Position numbers and translations under genes: made by a program
Notes under the pieces: generated by a model
What the model saw: only the letters and a program-made list of their open reading frames with translations
The model's database searches: none
What the model was told of the DNA's origin: nothing
In this document: piece by piece, positions 52,969 to 61,962 of the stretch
How the letters are laid out: each line of letters starts with the position of its first letter
Numbering within the stretch: the first letter of the stretch is position 1
Source: Solirubrobacterales bacterium
Lineage (GTDB): Bacteria; Actinomycetota; Thermoleophilia; Solirubrobacterales; 70-9
DNA: 64,000 nt
Assembly (NCBI GenBank): GCA_046330315.1
Contig: JAXLSZ010000012.1
Span: forward strand, 398 to 64,397
Direction: 5' to 3'

Positions 52969-53877
52969 GTGGAGGCACGGACCGCGACAGCGCCAACCTC
53001 CCGGGCGGGCATCCGCCTGCCTGGGGTCGGCGCCGGCCTCGGCCGGGGCATGATCGCGCTCTACCTGAGCGTGATCGTGCTGCTGCCGCTGGCCGCCGTG
53101 GTCGACACCTCGCTGAAGGACGGCGTCGGCGCCTTCTGGGACGTCGTCAGCAGCCCCCAGTCCGTAGCCGCCCTGAAGCTGACCGTGGTCGCTTCGCTGA
53201 TCGTGGTCGCGATCAACGGCGTCTTCGGGACGATCATCGCCTGGGTTCTGGTGCGCGACAACTTCCGGGGCAAGGCCGTGGTCAACGCGGTCATCGACCT
53301 CCCGTTCGCGCTGCCGACCATCGTCGCGGGCCTGACCCTGATCGCGCTCTACGGCGCCAACAGCCCGGTCGGCATTGACGTGGCCTTCACCCGCGCCGGT
53401 GTGGTCATGGCCCTGCTCTTCGTCACGCTCCCCTTCGTGGTCAGGGCGGTGCAGCCGCTTCTGCTCGAGCTGGACCGCGACATGGAGGAGGCGGCCGCTT
53501 CGCTGGGCGCCTCGGGCCTGACGATCTTCCGGCGCATCATCTTCCCGAACCTCCTCCCTGGGCTCTGCGCCGGAATCGCCCTGGCCTTTGCGCGGGCGCT
53601 CGGCGAGTACGGCTCCCTGGTGCTGATCTCGGGAAACATCCCGTTCAAAACCGAGGTCTCCTCGGTGTTCATCCGCTCTCAGGTCGAGTCCGGCAACGTC
53701 TCCGGGGCTGCCGCCGTCTCCGTGGTCCTGCTGGGCGCCTCCCTGCTCCTGCTGGCCGGGGTGACCCTCGCCCAGCGCTGGAGCGGCCGCAGCCAACCGG
53801 GTGAGGAGACCGGCCTGACCGTGATGCCGATCAGCGGCGAGGACTACACCGCCCGCGAGGAAGACGATGACCGGTAG
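52969..53877 (+). CDS. cysT: Sulfate ABC transporter permease CysT.
   Basis: In ORF 52777..53877, from the GTG at 52969. Multi-pass membrane protein. EAAASLGASGLTIFRRIIFPNLLPG (EAA loop), GEYGSLVLISGNIPFKTE. Confidence 0.85.
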   Translation: MEARTATAPTSRAGIRLPGVGAGLGRGMIALYLSVIVLLPLAAVVDTSLKDGVGAFWDVVSSPQSVAALKLTVVASLIVVAINGVFGTIIAWVLVRDNFRGKAVVNAVIDLPFALPTIVAGLTLIALYGANSPVGIDVAFTRAGVVMALLFVTLPFVVRAVQPLLLELDRDMEEAAASLGASGLTIFRRIIFPNLLPGLCAGIALAFARALGEYGSLVLISGNIPFKTEVSSVFIRSQVESGNVSGAAAVSVVLLGASLLLLAGVTLAQRWSGRSQPGEETGLTVMPISGEDYTAREEDDDR

Positions 53878-54673
53878 CCGCACCGCGACGAGATGGAGCC
53901 TGAGGGGCCTGGCACTCGGCTACCTCACCGTCCTCCTGCTGGCCCCCCTGACGATGATCTTCGTCAAGGCCTTCGAGGACGGAATCGGTCCGCCGCTGGA
54001 CGCAATCACCTCCCCGGACGGCCTCCACGCTCTCAAGCTGACCCTGCTGATGGTGGTGATCGCGGTCCCCCTCAACACGGTCTTCGGGATCGGCTGCGCC
54101 CTGCTGCTGGTCCGGCATCGCTGGTGGGGGAACTCGTTGCTCGACGGGATCATCAACCTCCCATTCGCGATCTCGCCGATCGTCATCGGGCTTTCGCTGT
54201 TCCTGCTCTACGGAACCGACGGGTGGTTCGGCCCGACTCTGGAGAGCGCCGGGATCAAGGTCCTCTTCTCGGTCCCGGGAATGGTCCTGGCGAGCGTCTT
54301 CGTCTCGCTGCCCTTCGTCGTTCGCGAGGTGGTGCCGGTGCTCCAGGAGATCGGCACCGAGCAGGAGCAGGCAGCCTCCACCCTCGGGGCCAGCGCCTGG
54401 CAGGCCTTCTGGCGCGTCACCCTCCCGGCGATCCGCTGGGGTGTCGCCTACGGCGTGGTCCTGACGACCGCCCGGGTGCTCGGCGAGTTCGGGGCCGTGA
54501 CGATCGTCTCCGGATCGATCTCCGGTCAGACCCAGACGCTGCCCCTCTACGTCGCCAAGCAGTTCGAGCAGTTCAACCTCCCCGGGGCCTACGGCGTCTC
54601 GATCGTGCTCGCCCTGCTGGCGCTCTCGACCCTTCTGCTGATGAATCTCCTGAAGCGAAAGGACAATGCCTGA
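53867..54673 (+). CDS. cysW: Sulfate ABC transporter permease CysW.
   Basis: ORF 53867..54673: [50 protein letters not shown]. Confidence 0.85.
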   Translation: MTGSRTATRWSLRGLALGYLTVLLLAPLTMIFVKAFEDGIGPPLDAITSPDGLHALKLTLLMVVIAVPLNTVFGIGCALLLVRHRWWGNSLLDGIINLPFAISPIVIGLSLFLLYGTDGWFGPTLESAGIKVLFSVPGMVLASVFVSLPFVVREVVPVLQEIGTEQEQAASTLGASAWQAFWRVTLPAIRWGVAYGVVLTTARVLGEFGAVTIVSGSISGQTQTLPLYVAKQFEQFNLPGAYGVSIVLALLALSTLLLMNLLKRKDNA

Positions 54674-55653
54674 TGAGCATCACGGTTGAGCACGCCTGCA
54701 AGAGCTTCGGCGACTTCAGGGCTCTCGACGACGTCTCCATCGAGGTCCCCGACGGTTCGCTGACTGCCCTTCTGGGGCCCAGCGGGAGCGGCAAGTCCAC
54801 GCTGCTGCGGGCGATCGCCGGCCTGGAGGCGCTCGACTCCGGGCGCGTGCTGATCAACGGCGAGGACGCAACCGACCGGCCGCCCCAGAAGCGGGACGTC
54901 GGCTTCGTCTTCCAGCACTACGCCGCCTTCAAGCACATGACGGTGTTCGGGAACGTCGGCTTCGGGTTGAAGATCCGCAAGTGGTCGAGGGCGCAGACAT
55001 CCGCGCGCGTGCACGAACTCCTCCGGCTCGTCCAGCTCGACGGGCTCGCCGACCGCTACCCCTCGCAGCTCTCGGGCGGGCAGCGCCAGCGCATGGCGCT
55101 GGCCAGGGCCCTTGCCGTCGAGCCTCAGGTGCTGCTTCTCGACGAGCCCTTCGGCGCGCTCGACGCGAAGGTCCGCAAGGACCTGCGCACCTGGCTGCGC
55201 CGCCTCCACGACGAGGTTCACGTGACCACCATCTTCGTCACCCACGACCAGGAGGAGGCGATGGACGTCGCGGAGCAGCTGGTGGTGATGAACGAGGGCC
55301 GGGTCGAGCAGAGCGGTAACGCCTCCGACCTGTACGAGCACCCCGCCAACGAGTGGGTGATGAGCTTCGTCGGGGAGGTCAACCGGATCGGCGAGCACTT
55401 CGTGCGCCCCCACGACATGGACGTCACCCGCCGGCCGATCGAGGGCAGCGAGGAGGCGATGGTCGAGCGGATCGTCCCGCTCGGCTTCGAGATTCGCGTC
55501 GAGTTCGTGCTGGGCAACGGCGAGGAGATCTGGGCGCAGCTCACCCGCTCGGAGCTCGAGGAGGTCGAGCTCCGCGAGGGTCAGATCGTCTATGTCCGCC
55601 CGCGCCAGGCAAAGGTCTTCAGCGGCAAGGCCGGAGTACCGGCCGCCGTCTGA
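54673..55653 (+). CDS. cysA: Sulfate ABC transporter ATP-binding protein CysA.
   Basis: In ORF 53893..55653. The ATG at 54673 overlaps the cysW stop (ATGA). [39 protein letters not shown]-terminal TOBE-like domain. Confidence 0.9.
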   Translation: MSITVEHACKSFGDFRALDDVSIEVPDGSLTALLGPSGSGKSTLLRAIAGLEALDSGRVLINGEDATDRPPQKRDVGFVFQHYAAFKHMTVFGNVGFGLKIRKWSRAQTSARVHELLRLVQLDGLADRYPSQLSGGQRQRMALARALAVEPQVLLLDEPFGALDAKVRKDLRTWLRRLHDEVHVTTIFVTHDQEEAMDVAEQLVVMNEGRVEQSGNASDLYEHPANEWVMSFVGEVNRIGEHFVRPHDMDVTRRPIEGSEEAMVERIVPLGFEIRVEFVLGNGEEIWAQLTRSELEEVELREGQIVYVRPRQAKVFSGKAGVPAAV

Positions 55654-55662
55654 AGGGGTGAT

Positions 55663-55697
55663 GGGCGGGGCGCTCCTTGCCGGGTGGCGCCCCGCCC
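55663..55697. terminator. GC-rich hairpin between convergent cysA and the Rrf2 gene.
   Basis: gggcggggcgc (13-nt loop) gcgccccgccc has perfect 11-nt arms. Confidence 0.55.
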
Positions 55698-55715
55698 TCC
55701 CACGCCCGCCCCTTT

Positions 55716-56147
55716 CTATCGCAGAAGTCGGGTGACCTCGTCGGGAAGGCGGCTCTCGGCGAGATCGGCCAGGCTGACCCGGTCGAGCACGGCACGCATG
55801 TTGACCCTCAGCGCGAGCCAGACGTCGCGCAGCGGCGCCGCCGATCCTGAGTAGGCGAGCTCATCGGGGCTCTCCGAGCGCACGCTGGCCAGGGGGCCGT
55901 CGACCGCACGGATCACGTCTGCGACGCTGATCTCGGCTGCGGGGCGCGCCAGCTCGGAGCCTCCCCCCACCCCGCGCTGGCTGCGGACGAGGCCGGCGCT
56001 CCTCAGCTCGGCGAGAATTTTCTCCAGGAAGGGCAGGGGTATGTCCTGCGCCACCGCAACCTGCTCGTTGGTGGTCGGTCCCTCCCCGCGGGCGGCGAGC
56101 TCGATCGCCGCCCGCACCGCGTAGTCCGCCTTCGCCGTCACATACAT
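55716..56147 (-). CDS. Rrf2 family transcriptional regulator.
   Basis: ORF 55716..56147: MYVTAKADYAVRAAIELAARGEGPTTNEQVAVAQDIPLPFLEKILAELRSAGLVRSQRGVGGG. Confidence 0.85.
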   Translation of the reverse strand: MYVTAKADYAVRAAIELAARGEGPTTNEQVAVAQDIPLPFLEKILAELRSAGLVRSQRGVGGGSELARPAAEISVADVIRAVDGPLASVRSESPDELAYSGSAAPLRDVWLALRVNMRAVLDRVSLADLAESRLPDEVTRLLR

Positions 56148-56195
56148 GCGGCGGGCATCTTCGCATCAAGGCGAGCGGTCGGCCCCCGCGGGCCC

Positions 56196-57059
56196 TCACT
56201 TCCCGCGGGCCACCTTGCGCAGGAAGGGAAGCGGGTCGATCGGGTGACCGCCGCCGTACCAGGGGCCGACCCAGTACTCGAAGTGCAGGTGACACCCCGT
56301 GGCGTCCCCGGTCTGGCCGACGTAGCCGACCCGCTGGCCCGGCTCGACCATCTGGCCCGGCGCCACGGCGGCCGGCTTGATCAGGTGCATGTAGACGAAA
56401 TCGGTGTTGGTGCCGATGTTGTGGAGGACGACGTAGTTGCCCGCCGCCGACTGGTAGGCGCGGTACCGCACCCGGGCCTTGCGGACCGAGACCAGCTTGG
56501 TGCCGCAGGCGGCCCCTACGTCCTGGCCCTGGTGGGTGTGGCCGGTGCGGGGGGCGCCGAACCGCGACCCCGACCCGCCGAAGCTGAAGGGCCCCCTGAC
56601 CGGAAAGACCTCTTCGGGAATCGCGCTCGGGGGGAGTATCTCCAGCCTGTGGGGCGAGCGGTTGGAGGCCTTGCCCCGGGTGTCCACAACGTAGGGGCGC
56701 GAGTCGATCGCGCCCTTCGGCACGACCGCTCTGGCCCTGGTGAGGCCCCGCGAGACGTAGCGGGAGCGAAGCGGGCCGTCCTTGCCGCGGAAGACGACGC
56801 TGCGAACGCGGTCGAGATAGGCGCCGCGGACCACCACCGTCGCCTTTGGGGTCGCCTTGTGCCCCGAGACGCAGAGGTCCACGCAGACGACGTCATCCAC
56901 CTTCGGGGGGGCGGGGACACGGACGCCGCCGGAGGACACCGTGGCCGCGCCGGCCCCGGCCGGCAGGGCTAGCGCGGCGAGCACCGCCGCCATCGTCGCG
57001 ATCCGAACCTGGCAACCGCGCCGGGAGCGCGGGCGCCGACAAGCTGGGCTTGCGTGCAC
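56196..57059 (-). CDS. M23 family metallopeptidase (secreted cell-wall hydrolase).
   Basis: ORF 56196..57059: HTHQGQDV, AAGNYVVLHN...FVYMHL, GYVGQTGDATGCHLHFEYW. The GTG at 57059 is preceded by AGAGAGG. Signal-like MAAVLAALALPAGAGA. Confidence 0.85.
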   Translation of the reverse strand: MHASPACRRPRSRRGCQVRIATMAAVLAALALPAGAGAATVSSGGVRVPAPPKVDDVVCVDLCVSGHKATPKATVVVRGAYLDRVRSVVFRGKDGPLRSRYVSRGLTRARAVVPKGAIDSRPYVVDTRGKASNRSPHRLEILPPSAIPEEVFPVRGPFSFGGSGSRFGAPRTGHTHQGQDVGAACGTKLVSVRKARVRYRAYQSAAGNYVVLHNIGTNTDFVYMHLIKPAAVAPGQMVEPGQRVGYVGQTGDATGCHLHFEYWVGPWYGGGHPIDPLPFLRKVARGK

Positions 57060-57071
57060 CGAAGACCTCTC

Positions 57072-57215
57072 TTTCTCGGGCCGACGGGGTTAGCTGTCGG
57101 GCTCGCGCTGAAAGAGCTGCGCTACGGACCGCGGTCCGATTCGCCCCCGGAGGCATCGCCTCCATTGGGTCCCCCGCTCCCGTCCGGCGTGCCGGCGGGA
57201 TTAGGCTTGTCTCGA
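57072..57215 (-). promoter_or_regulatory. ydaO-yuaA type cyclic-di-AMP riboswitch in the 5' leader of the M23 peptidase gene.
   Basis: The minus-strand RNA reads ...CCUAAUCCCGCCGGCACGCCGGACGGGAGCGGGGGACCCAAUGGAGGCGAUGCCUCCGGGGGCGAAUCGGACCGCGGUCCGUAGCGCAGCUCUUUCAGCGCGAGCCCGACAGCUAACCCCGUCGGCCCGAGAAAGAGAGG. It contains the class-defining blocks UAAUC...GAGCGGGGGACCCA, GGGG(U/C)GAAUC and CCCG(U/A)CAGCUAACC(U/C)CGU, in the same order as the B. subtilis ydaO leader. Confidence 0.75.
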
Positions 57216-57286
57216 CTTCGGCCGGGATTATACGCAAGTTTCCGGCGAAGAACAGGTTTGTGTTTGCTCACACTGGGATCCCAGAG

Positions 57287-58273
57287 ATGCGCCTCGACCT
57301 CGATCGAGTGCCGATCGGGACGGGCCCGACCCCGGTGCGCAGGCTCACCGCGGCATCCCGCCGGGGCCCCGCCGACGTCTGGCTCAAGGACGACGCCCTC
57401 TACGGGCCGCATTCCGGGAACAAGGCCCGCAAGCTGGAATGGCTGCTCGGCGCCGCCCGGCGCCGCGGGGCGCAAACGGTCATCACCTCCGGGGCGATCG
57501 GCACCAACCACGGGCTGGCGACCGCGCTCTACGCGCGGGAGCTGGGCATGCGGACGGTGCTGGTGCTCGTCCCGCAGCCGGAGAGCGCCCAGGCGCGCGC
57601 CCAGCTTGCCCGGATCCGCCGCAGCGGCGCCGAGGTCCACCCGGTCGCCGGGCGGGCCGGGGCCGTCGCCCTGACCGCCTGGCTGCTGGTCGCCCGCGCC
57701 GGCCCCGGGCTGCATCTGCCGGCGCTGATCCTCCCCGGCGGCTCGACGCCCCTGGGGTGCGTGGGGTACGTGGAGGCGGGGCTCGAGCTCGGTCGCCAGG
57801 TCGCCGCGGGAGAGGTTCCCGAGCCGAGCCACGTCGTCGTCGCGCTCGGCAGCGGCGGAACGGCGGCGGGGCTGCTCCTCGGCCTGAGGCTGGCCGGGCT
57901 GCGCTCGCGATTGGTGGCGGTTTCGGTCAACGACCTCACCCCGCTGGGCCCCCGGGCCCTCAGCCGGCTCGCCTCCCGCACCCAGCGCCTGCTGCAGCGC
58001 CACAACAGCGGGCCGCTGCCCCGGGTGGCCCTGGGGCCCGGCGACCTTGACGTGGCGACCGGCTGGCTCGGCGAGGGTTACGGGCACGAGACCGCCGCCG
58101 GTGCCGCTGCGATCGAGGCGCTCGGGCCCGACCGGGTCTCCCTGGAGCCGGTCTACACGGCCAAGGCGGCCGCGGCCCTGCTCGAGATCAACTCCGCGGG
58201 CGGCTTCGGCGCCGGGCCCGTGCTCTTCTGGCAGACCCACCGCCCCCCCAAACCACCGAACGTCCCGGAGTAG
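57287..58273 (+). CDS. PLP-dependent 1-aminocyclopropane-1-carboxylate deaminase / D-cysteine desulfhydrase family protein.
   Basis: In ORF 56846..58273, from the ATG at 57287: WLKDDALYGPHSGNKARKLEWLL, ITSGAIGTNHGLATALYA, LPGGSTPLG, ALGSGGTAAGL. Confidence 0.75.
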   Translation: MRLDLDRVPIGTGPTPVRRLTAASRRGPADVWLKDDALYGPHSGNKARKLEWLLGAARRRGAQTVITSGAIGTNHGLATALYARELGMRTVLVLVPQPESAQARAQLARIRRSGAEVHPVAGRAGAVALTAWLLVARAGPGLHLPALILPGGSTPLGCVGYVEAGLELGRQVAAGEVPEPSHVVVALGSGGTAAGLLLGLRLAGLRSRLVAVSVNDLTPLGPRALSRLASRTQRLLQRHNSGPLPRVALGPGDLDVATGWLGEGYGHETAAGAAAIEALGPDRVSLEPVYTAKAAAALLEINSAGGFGAGPVLFWQTHRPPKPPNVPE

Positions 58274-58328
58274 TGGCTATGCGGGGTACTCCGGGACGTT
58301 CGCGGGGGGTGGTGATTAGGCTTCGGCG

Positions 58329-59045
58329 ATGCGAGCGCTGGCGATCGTCTACGAGCGGGACGCCGGCCCCGGCGTCTTCGAGCAGCAGGCCGAGGCCGAG
58401 GGGGTCGCGATGGACCGGTGGGTCGCCACGCAGGAGGATGCCCCGCCGCAGGAGCCCGCGCGCTACGACGCCGTGGTGGTGCTGGGCGCCTCCACCCACG
58501 CCGACCAGGAGGAGGAGAACCCCTGGCTGCGCGAGCAGAAGGCCCTGGTCGGGGAGCTGCTGGAGCGCGGCACCCCGCTGATCGGCGTCTGCCTGGGCTC
58601 GCAGCTCCTCGCCGAGGCCGCCGGAGCCGCCCCGGTTCGGCTCGAGCGTCCGGAGATCGGCTGGTTCGGGGTGGGGCTCACGGCCGAGGGACGGGATGAC
58701 CCGGTGACCGGTCGGCTCCCGGCGACCTTCACCGCCTTCGAGTGGCACAGCTACGCCGCGCCCCTGCCGCCGGGGGCGGAGGCGCTGGCCTCCAGCGAGG
58801 CATGCCTTCAGGCCTTTCGCCTCGGCGAGGAGGCCTGGGGGGTGCAGTTCCACCCTGAGGTGGCGCTGGCCGACGCCGAATCGTGGATCGACGACATCCG
58901 GCCCGGCTCCGACCCCGCGCGGATCGGCATCGAGCCCGCGGCTTTCCGCGCCGAGACCCGCGATGCGATGGCGGCCTGGAACCGGCTCGGCCGCGACCTC
59001 TTCTCGGGGTTCCTCGAAGCGGCCCGCGCGCGGGCCCCGCGCTAG
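58329..59045 (+). CDS. Type 1 glutamine amidotransferase domain protein.
   Basis: ORF 58329..59045: PLIGVCLGSQLLAEA (nucleophile Cys), GVQFHPEV. Confidence 0.8.
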   Translation: MRALAIVYERDAGPGVFEQQAEAEGVAMDRWVATQEDAPPQEPARYDAVVVLGASTHADQEEENPWLREQKALVGELLERGTPLIGVCLGSQLLAEAAGAAPVRLERPEIGWFGVGLTAEGRDDPVTGRLPATFTAFEWHSYAAPLPPGAEALASSEACLQAFRLGEEAWGVQFHPEVALADAESWIDDIRPGSDPARIGIEPAAFRAETRDAMAAWNRLGRDLFSGFLEAARARAPR

Positions 59046-59055
59046 GCTCGCCGGC

Positions 59056-59802
59056 CTACTCGGGAGTCACGTAGGCGCCGGAGAGTCCGCCGTCCACCAG
59101 GAAGGTCGTGGCGGTCACGAAGGAGGAGTCGTCGCTGGCCAGGAAGAGCGCGCCCCTGGCGATCTCCTCGGCCTCCCCGAAGCGGCCCATCGGGATGTGG
59201 ACGAGCCGCCGCTGGGCCTTCTCGGGGTCCTTGGCGAACAGCTCCTGCAGGAGCGGCGTGTTGACGGGCCCGGGGCACAGGGCGTTGACCCGCACCCCGC
59301 GGCGGGCGAACTCGACACCCAGCTCGCGCGAGAGCGAGAGAACGGCCCCCTTCGACGCCGTATAGGAGATCTGCGAGACCGCCGCACCCATCACCGCCAC
59401 GAAGGAAGCCGTGTTGATCACCGAGCCGCCGCCGGAGTCGAGCAGGTGCGGAATCCCGTGCTTGCAGCAGAGGAAGACGCTTCGCAGGTTGACGTCCTGG
59501 ACCCGCTGCCAGGCCTCCAGCGAGGTCTCCAGGGCGGAGGTGTCGTCGTTGGGGTTGATGCCGGCGTTGTTGAAGAGGACGTCGATGCGCCCGTAGCGCT
59601 CGCGCACCTTTGCGTACATCTCGGCGACCTGGTCCTCCGCGCTGACGTCGGCGACCAGCGCCATCTCCCCCGCCGCGCCCTCGGCCAGGTCCACGCCCAC
59701 CACGCTCGCCCCCTCCTCGGCAAACAGCCTCGCGGACTCGGCGCCGATCCCGCTCGCGGCGCCCGTGATCACGCATACCTTGCCATCCAGCCGGCCGGCC
59801 AT
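59056..59802 (-). CDS. SDR family oxidoreductase.
   Basis: ORF 59056..59802: VCVITGAASGIGAESA, NNAG, YTASKGA. Confidence 0.9.
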   Translation of the reverse strand: MAGRLDGKVCVITGAASGIGAESARLFAEEGASVVGVDLAEGAAGEMALVADVSAEDQVAEMYAKVRERYGRIDVLFNNAGINPNDDTSALETSLEAWQRVQDVNLRSVFLCCKHGIPHLLDSGGGSVINTASFVAVMGAAVSQISYTASKGAVLSLSRELGVEFARRGVRVNALCPGPVNTPLLQELFAKDPEKAQRRLVHIPMGRFGEAEEIARGALFLASDDSSFVTATTFLVDGGLSGAYVTPE

Positions 59803-59803
59803 C

Positions 59804-61168
59804 TCATCCCTCCCGCGTCGCGTAGTAGACGTTCTTGACCTCGGTGTAGGCGTCGAGAGCGTCCGGGCCGAGCTCGCGCCCGATGCCGGACTGCTTGAAG
59901 CCGCCGAACGGGGTCGAGACCCGCACCGAGGTGTTCGAGTTGATCGAGATCACCCCGCTCTCCACCGCCCGCGCGACCCGCAGCGCCCTCGCCCCGTCCC
60001 TCGTCCACACGGACCCCGAGAGACCGTAGATCGTCTCGTTGGCAAGCCTCACCGCCTCGGCCTCCCCCTCGAAGGGGATCACGCAGGCGACGGGACCGAA
60101 GATCTCCTCGCGGGCGGCGCGGTCGGAGTTGGCGACCGGGGCGAGAACGGTCGGCGCGAACCAGAAGCCGGGCCCCTCCGGGGCGCTGCCGCGGATCGCG
60201 ACCGGCGCGTCCTCGGGGACGAACGAGGCGACCTCCTCCCGGCGCCCCGCCGAGATCAGCGGGCCCATCTCGGTGCCGGGGTCGAGCGGATCACCGACCC
60301 GGATCGCCTTCACCGCTGTCTCCAGCGCCTCCATGAAGCGGTCCATCGCCGGGCGCTCGACGAGGATCCGCGAGCGGGCGCAGCAGTCCTGCCCGGCGTT
60401 GCCGAACACCGCCGAGGGAGCCGCGGCCGCGGCCGCCTCGATGTCGGCGTCGGCGAAGACGATGTTCGCCGACTTGCCGCCGAGCTCCAGCGTGACCCGC
60501 TTGATCGTCGCCGCGGCGCCCGCAGCGATCCCCCTGCCGACCTCTGTCGAGCCGGTGAAGGCGATCTTGGCCACGTCGGGATGCTCGACGAGCCGGGTAC
60601 CGCAGACGCTTCCCGGCCCGGCCACCACGTTGACCACACCCTCGGGGATGCCCGCGTCCAGGGCGATCTTCTCGAGCTCCAGCGCGCTGAGCGGAGTCAG
60701 CTCGGCGGGCTTCAGCACCACCGTGTTGCCCGCCGCCAGGGCGGGGGCGGTCTTCCAGGACGCGATCACCAGGGGGAAGTTCCAGGGGACGATCAGCCCG
60801 ACCACGCCGAGCGGCTCGCGGAAGGTCATGTCGACTCCGCCGGCCACCGGGATCGTGCGGCCGAGGATCCGCTCCGGGGCCCCGGCGTAGTAGCGGAAGG
60901 TCTCGGCGACCATGCCCATCTCCCCCCTCGCGTCGCCGACCGGCTTGCCGGCGTTGCGGGCCTCGATCCGGGCGAGGTCCCCCCCGCGCTCCTCCAGCAG
61001 GTCGGCGAGGCGGTGCAGCAGGGCCGACCGGTCGGCCGGGGCGAGGGCCCGCCACCCGGGATAGGCCGTCCTGGCGCGGGCCACCGCCTCGTCGACCTCC
61101 TCCACCCCGGCGCGGGGCACCTCGGCGAGGACCGCCTCGGTGGCGGGCTCGAGGACGGCGATATTCAA
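59804..61168 (-). CDS. NAD-dependent aldehyde dehydrogenase (gamma-aminobutyraldehyde / gamma-glutamyl-aminobutyraldehyde dehydrogenase-like).
   Basis: ORF 59804..61168. The TTG start overlaps the upstream stop (TTGA). VPWNFPL, FTGSTEVG, LELGGKS, GQDCCARSR, EEIFGPV. Confidence 0.9.
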   Translation of the reverse strand: MNIAVLEPATEAVLAEVPRAGVEEVDEAVARARTAYPGWRALAPADRSALLHRLADLLEERGGDLARIEARNAGKPVGDARGEMGMVAETFRYYAGAPERILGRTIPVAGGVDMTFREPLGVVGLIVPWNFPLVIASWKTAPALAAGNTVVLKPAELTPLSALELEKIALDAGIPEGVVNVVAGPGSVCGTRLVEHPDVAKIAFTGSTEVGRGIAAGAAATIKRVTLELGGKSANIVFADADIEAAAAAAPSAVFGNAGQDCCARSRILVERPAMDRFMEALETAVKAIRVGDPLDPGTEMGPLISAGRREEVASFVPEDAPVAIRGSAPEGPGFWFAPTVLAPVANSDRAAREEIFGPVACVIPFEGEAEAVRLANETIYGLSGSVWTRDGARALRVARAVESGVISINSNTSVRVSTPFGGFKQSGIGRELGPDALDAYTEVKNVYYATREG

Positions 61169-61962
61169 CGCGCCACCCCCTCCGCTTCGCGTCCGGGGGT
61201 GGCGCGGCCCCCGGCACTCCCCGCTTCGCGTCCGGGGGTGGCGCGGCCCCCGGCACTCCCCGCCGCCTCGACCAGGGACGGGATCACGCGGCTCTCAGCG
61301 TCCTCCTCGGGGTGCCAGAGTACGCCGAGGGCGAACCCGGGGCCGGGCAGCTCGATCGCCTCGATCACTTCGTCCTCCGGGGCGGACCAGCCGGTCACCG
61401 CGAGGCCCTCCCCGACCTCGGCAACCCCCTGATGGTGGTGGGACTTGACGGCGAGGCGCTCGGCACCGGCGGCGCGTGCGGCCAGCGAGCCAGGTTCGAG
61501 GCGCACCTCGTGGTCGGCGAAGGAGCCCGGGGTCTCGCGGTGCTCGGGGTGGCCGATGCGGTCGGGGAGATGCTGCTCGAGGGTGCCCCCCAGCGCCAGG
61601 TTGAGGACCTGCATTCCCCGGCAGACCCCGAGCACCGGCATGCCCGCCTCCAGGGCGCGGCGGGCCAGCGCCAGCTCGAAGCTGTCGCGCTCGGGCCGGG
61701 TGCCCTTGGTCTCCGGATGCGGCTCGGCGCCGTAGGTCGCCGGGTCCACGTCGGAGCCCCCCGCAAGCAGGAGTGCGTCGAGCCGCGAGAGCACCCTGTC
61801 GGGATCGCCGACCGCCGCCCGGTCCGGCGGCAGCAGCAGCGCGACCGCGCCGGCGGCCTGGACGGCCGTCGCGTAGCTGCGGGGGGTCATCGTCACGGTC
61901 TCCGTCCAAGCGCCCCATCTCGCCTGCTCGACGGCCGCGCAGATGCCGACCGCGACGCTCAC
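61165..61962 (-). CDS. puuD: Gamma-glutamyl-gamma-aminobutyrate hydrolase family (peptidase C26, class I amidotransferase-like).
   Basis: C-terminal 266 codons of ORF 61165..63303. The GTG at 61962 overlaps the glutamine-synthetase-like stop (GTGA). LLLAGGSDVDP, PVLGVCRGMQVLN, HHQGV, LGVLWHPE. The C-terminal tail carries a 13-aa duplication. Confidence 0.8.
   Translation of the reverse strand: MSVAVGICAAVEQARWGAWTETVTMTPRSYATAVQAAGAVALLLPPDRAAVGDPDRVLSRLDALLLAGGSDVDPATYGAEPHPETKGTRPERDSFELALARRALEAGMPVLGVCRGMQVLNLALGGTLEQHLPDRIGHPEHRETPGSFADHEVRLEPGSLAARAAGAERLAVKSHHHQGVAEVGEGLAVTGWSAPEDEVIEAIELPGPGFALGVLWHPEEDAESRVIPSLVEAAGSAGGRATPGREAGSAGGRATPGREAEGVAR
61182..61259. repeat. Perfect 39-bp tandem duplication inside the 3' end of the puuD-like gene.
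   Basis: ccgcttcgcgtccgggggtggcgcggcccccggcactcc occurs at 61182..61220 and again at 61221..61259. It encodes AGSAGGRATPGRE twice. Confidence 0.9.
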
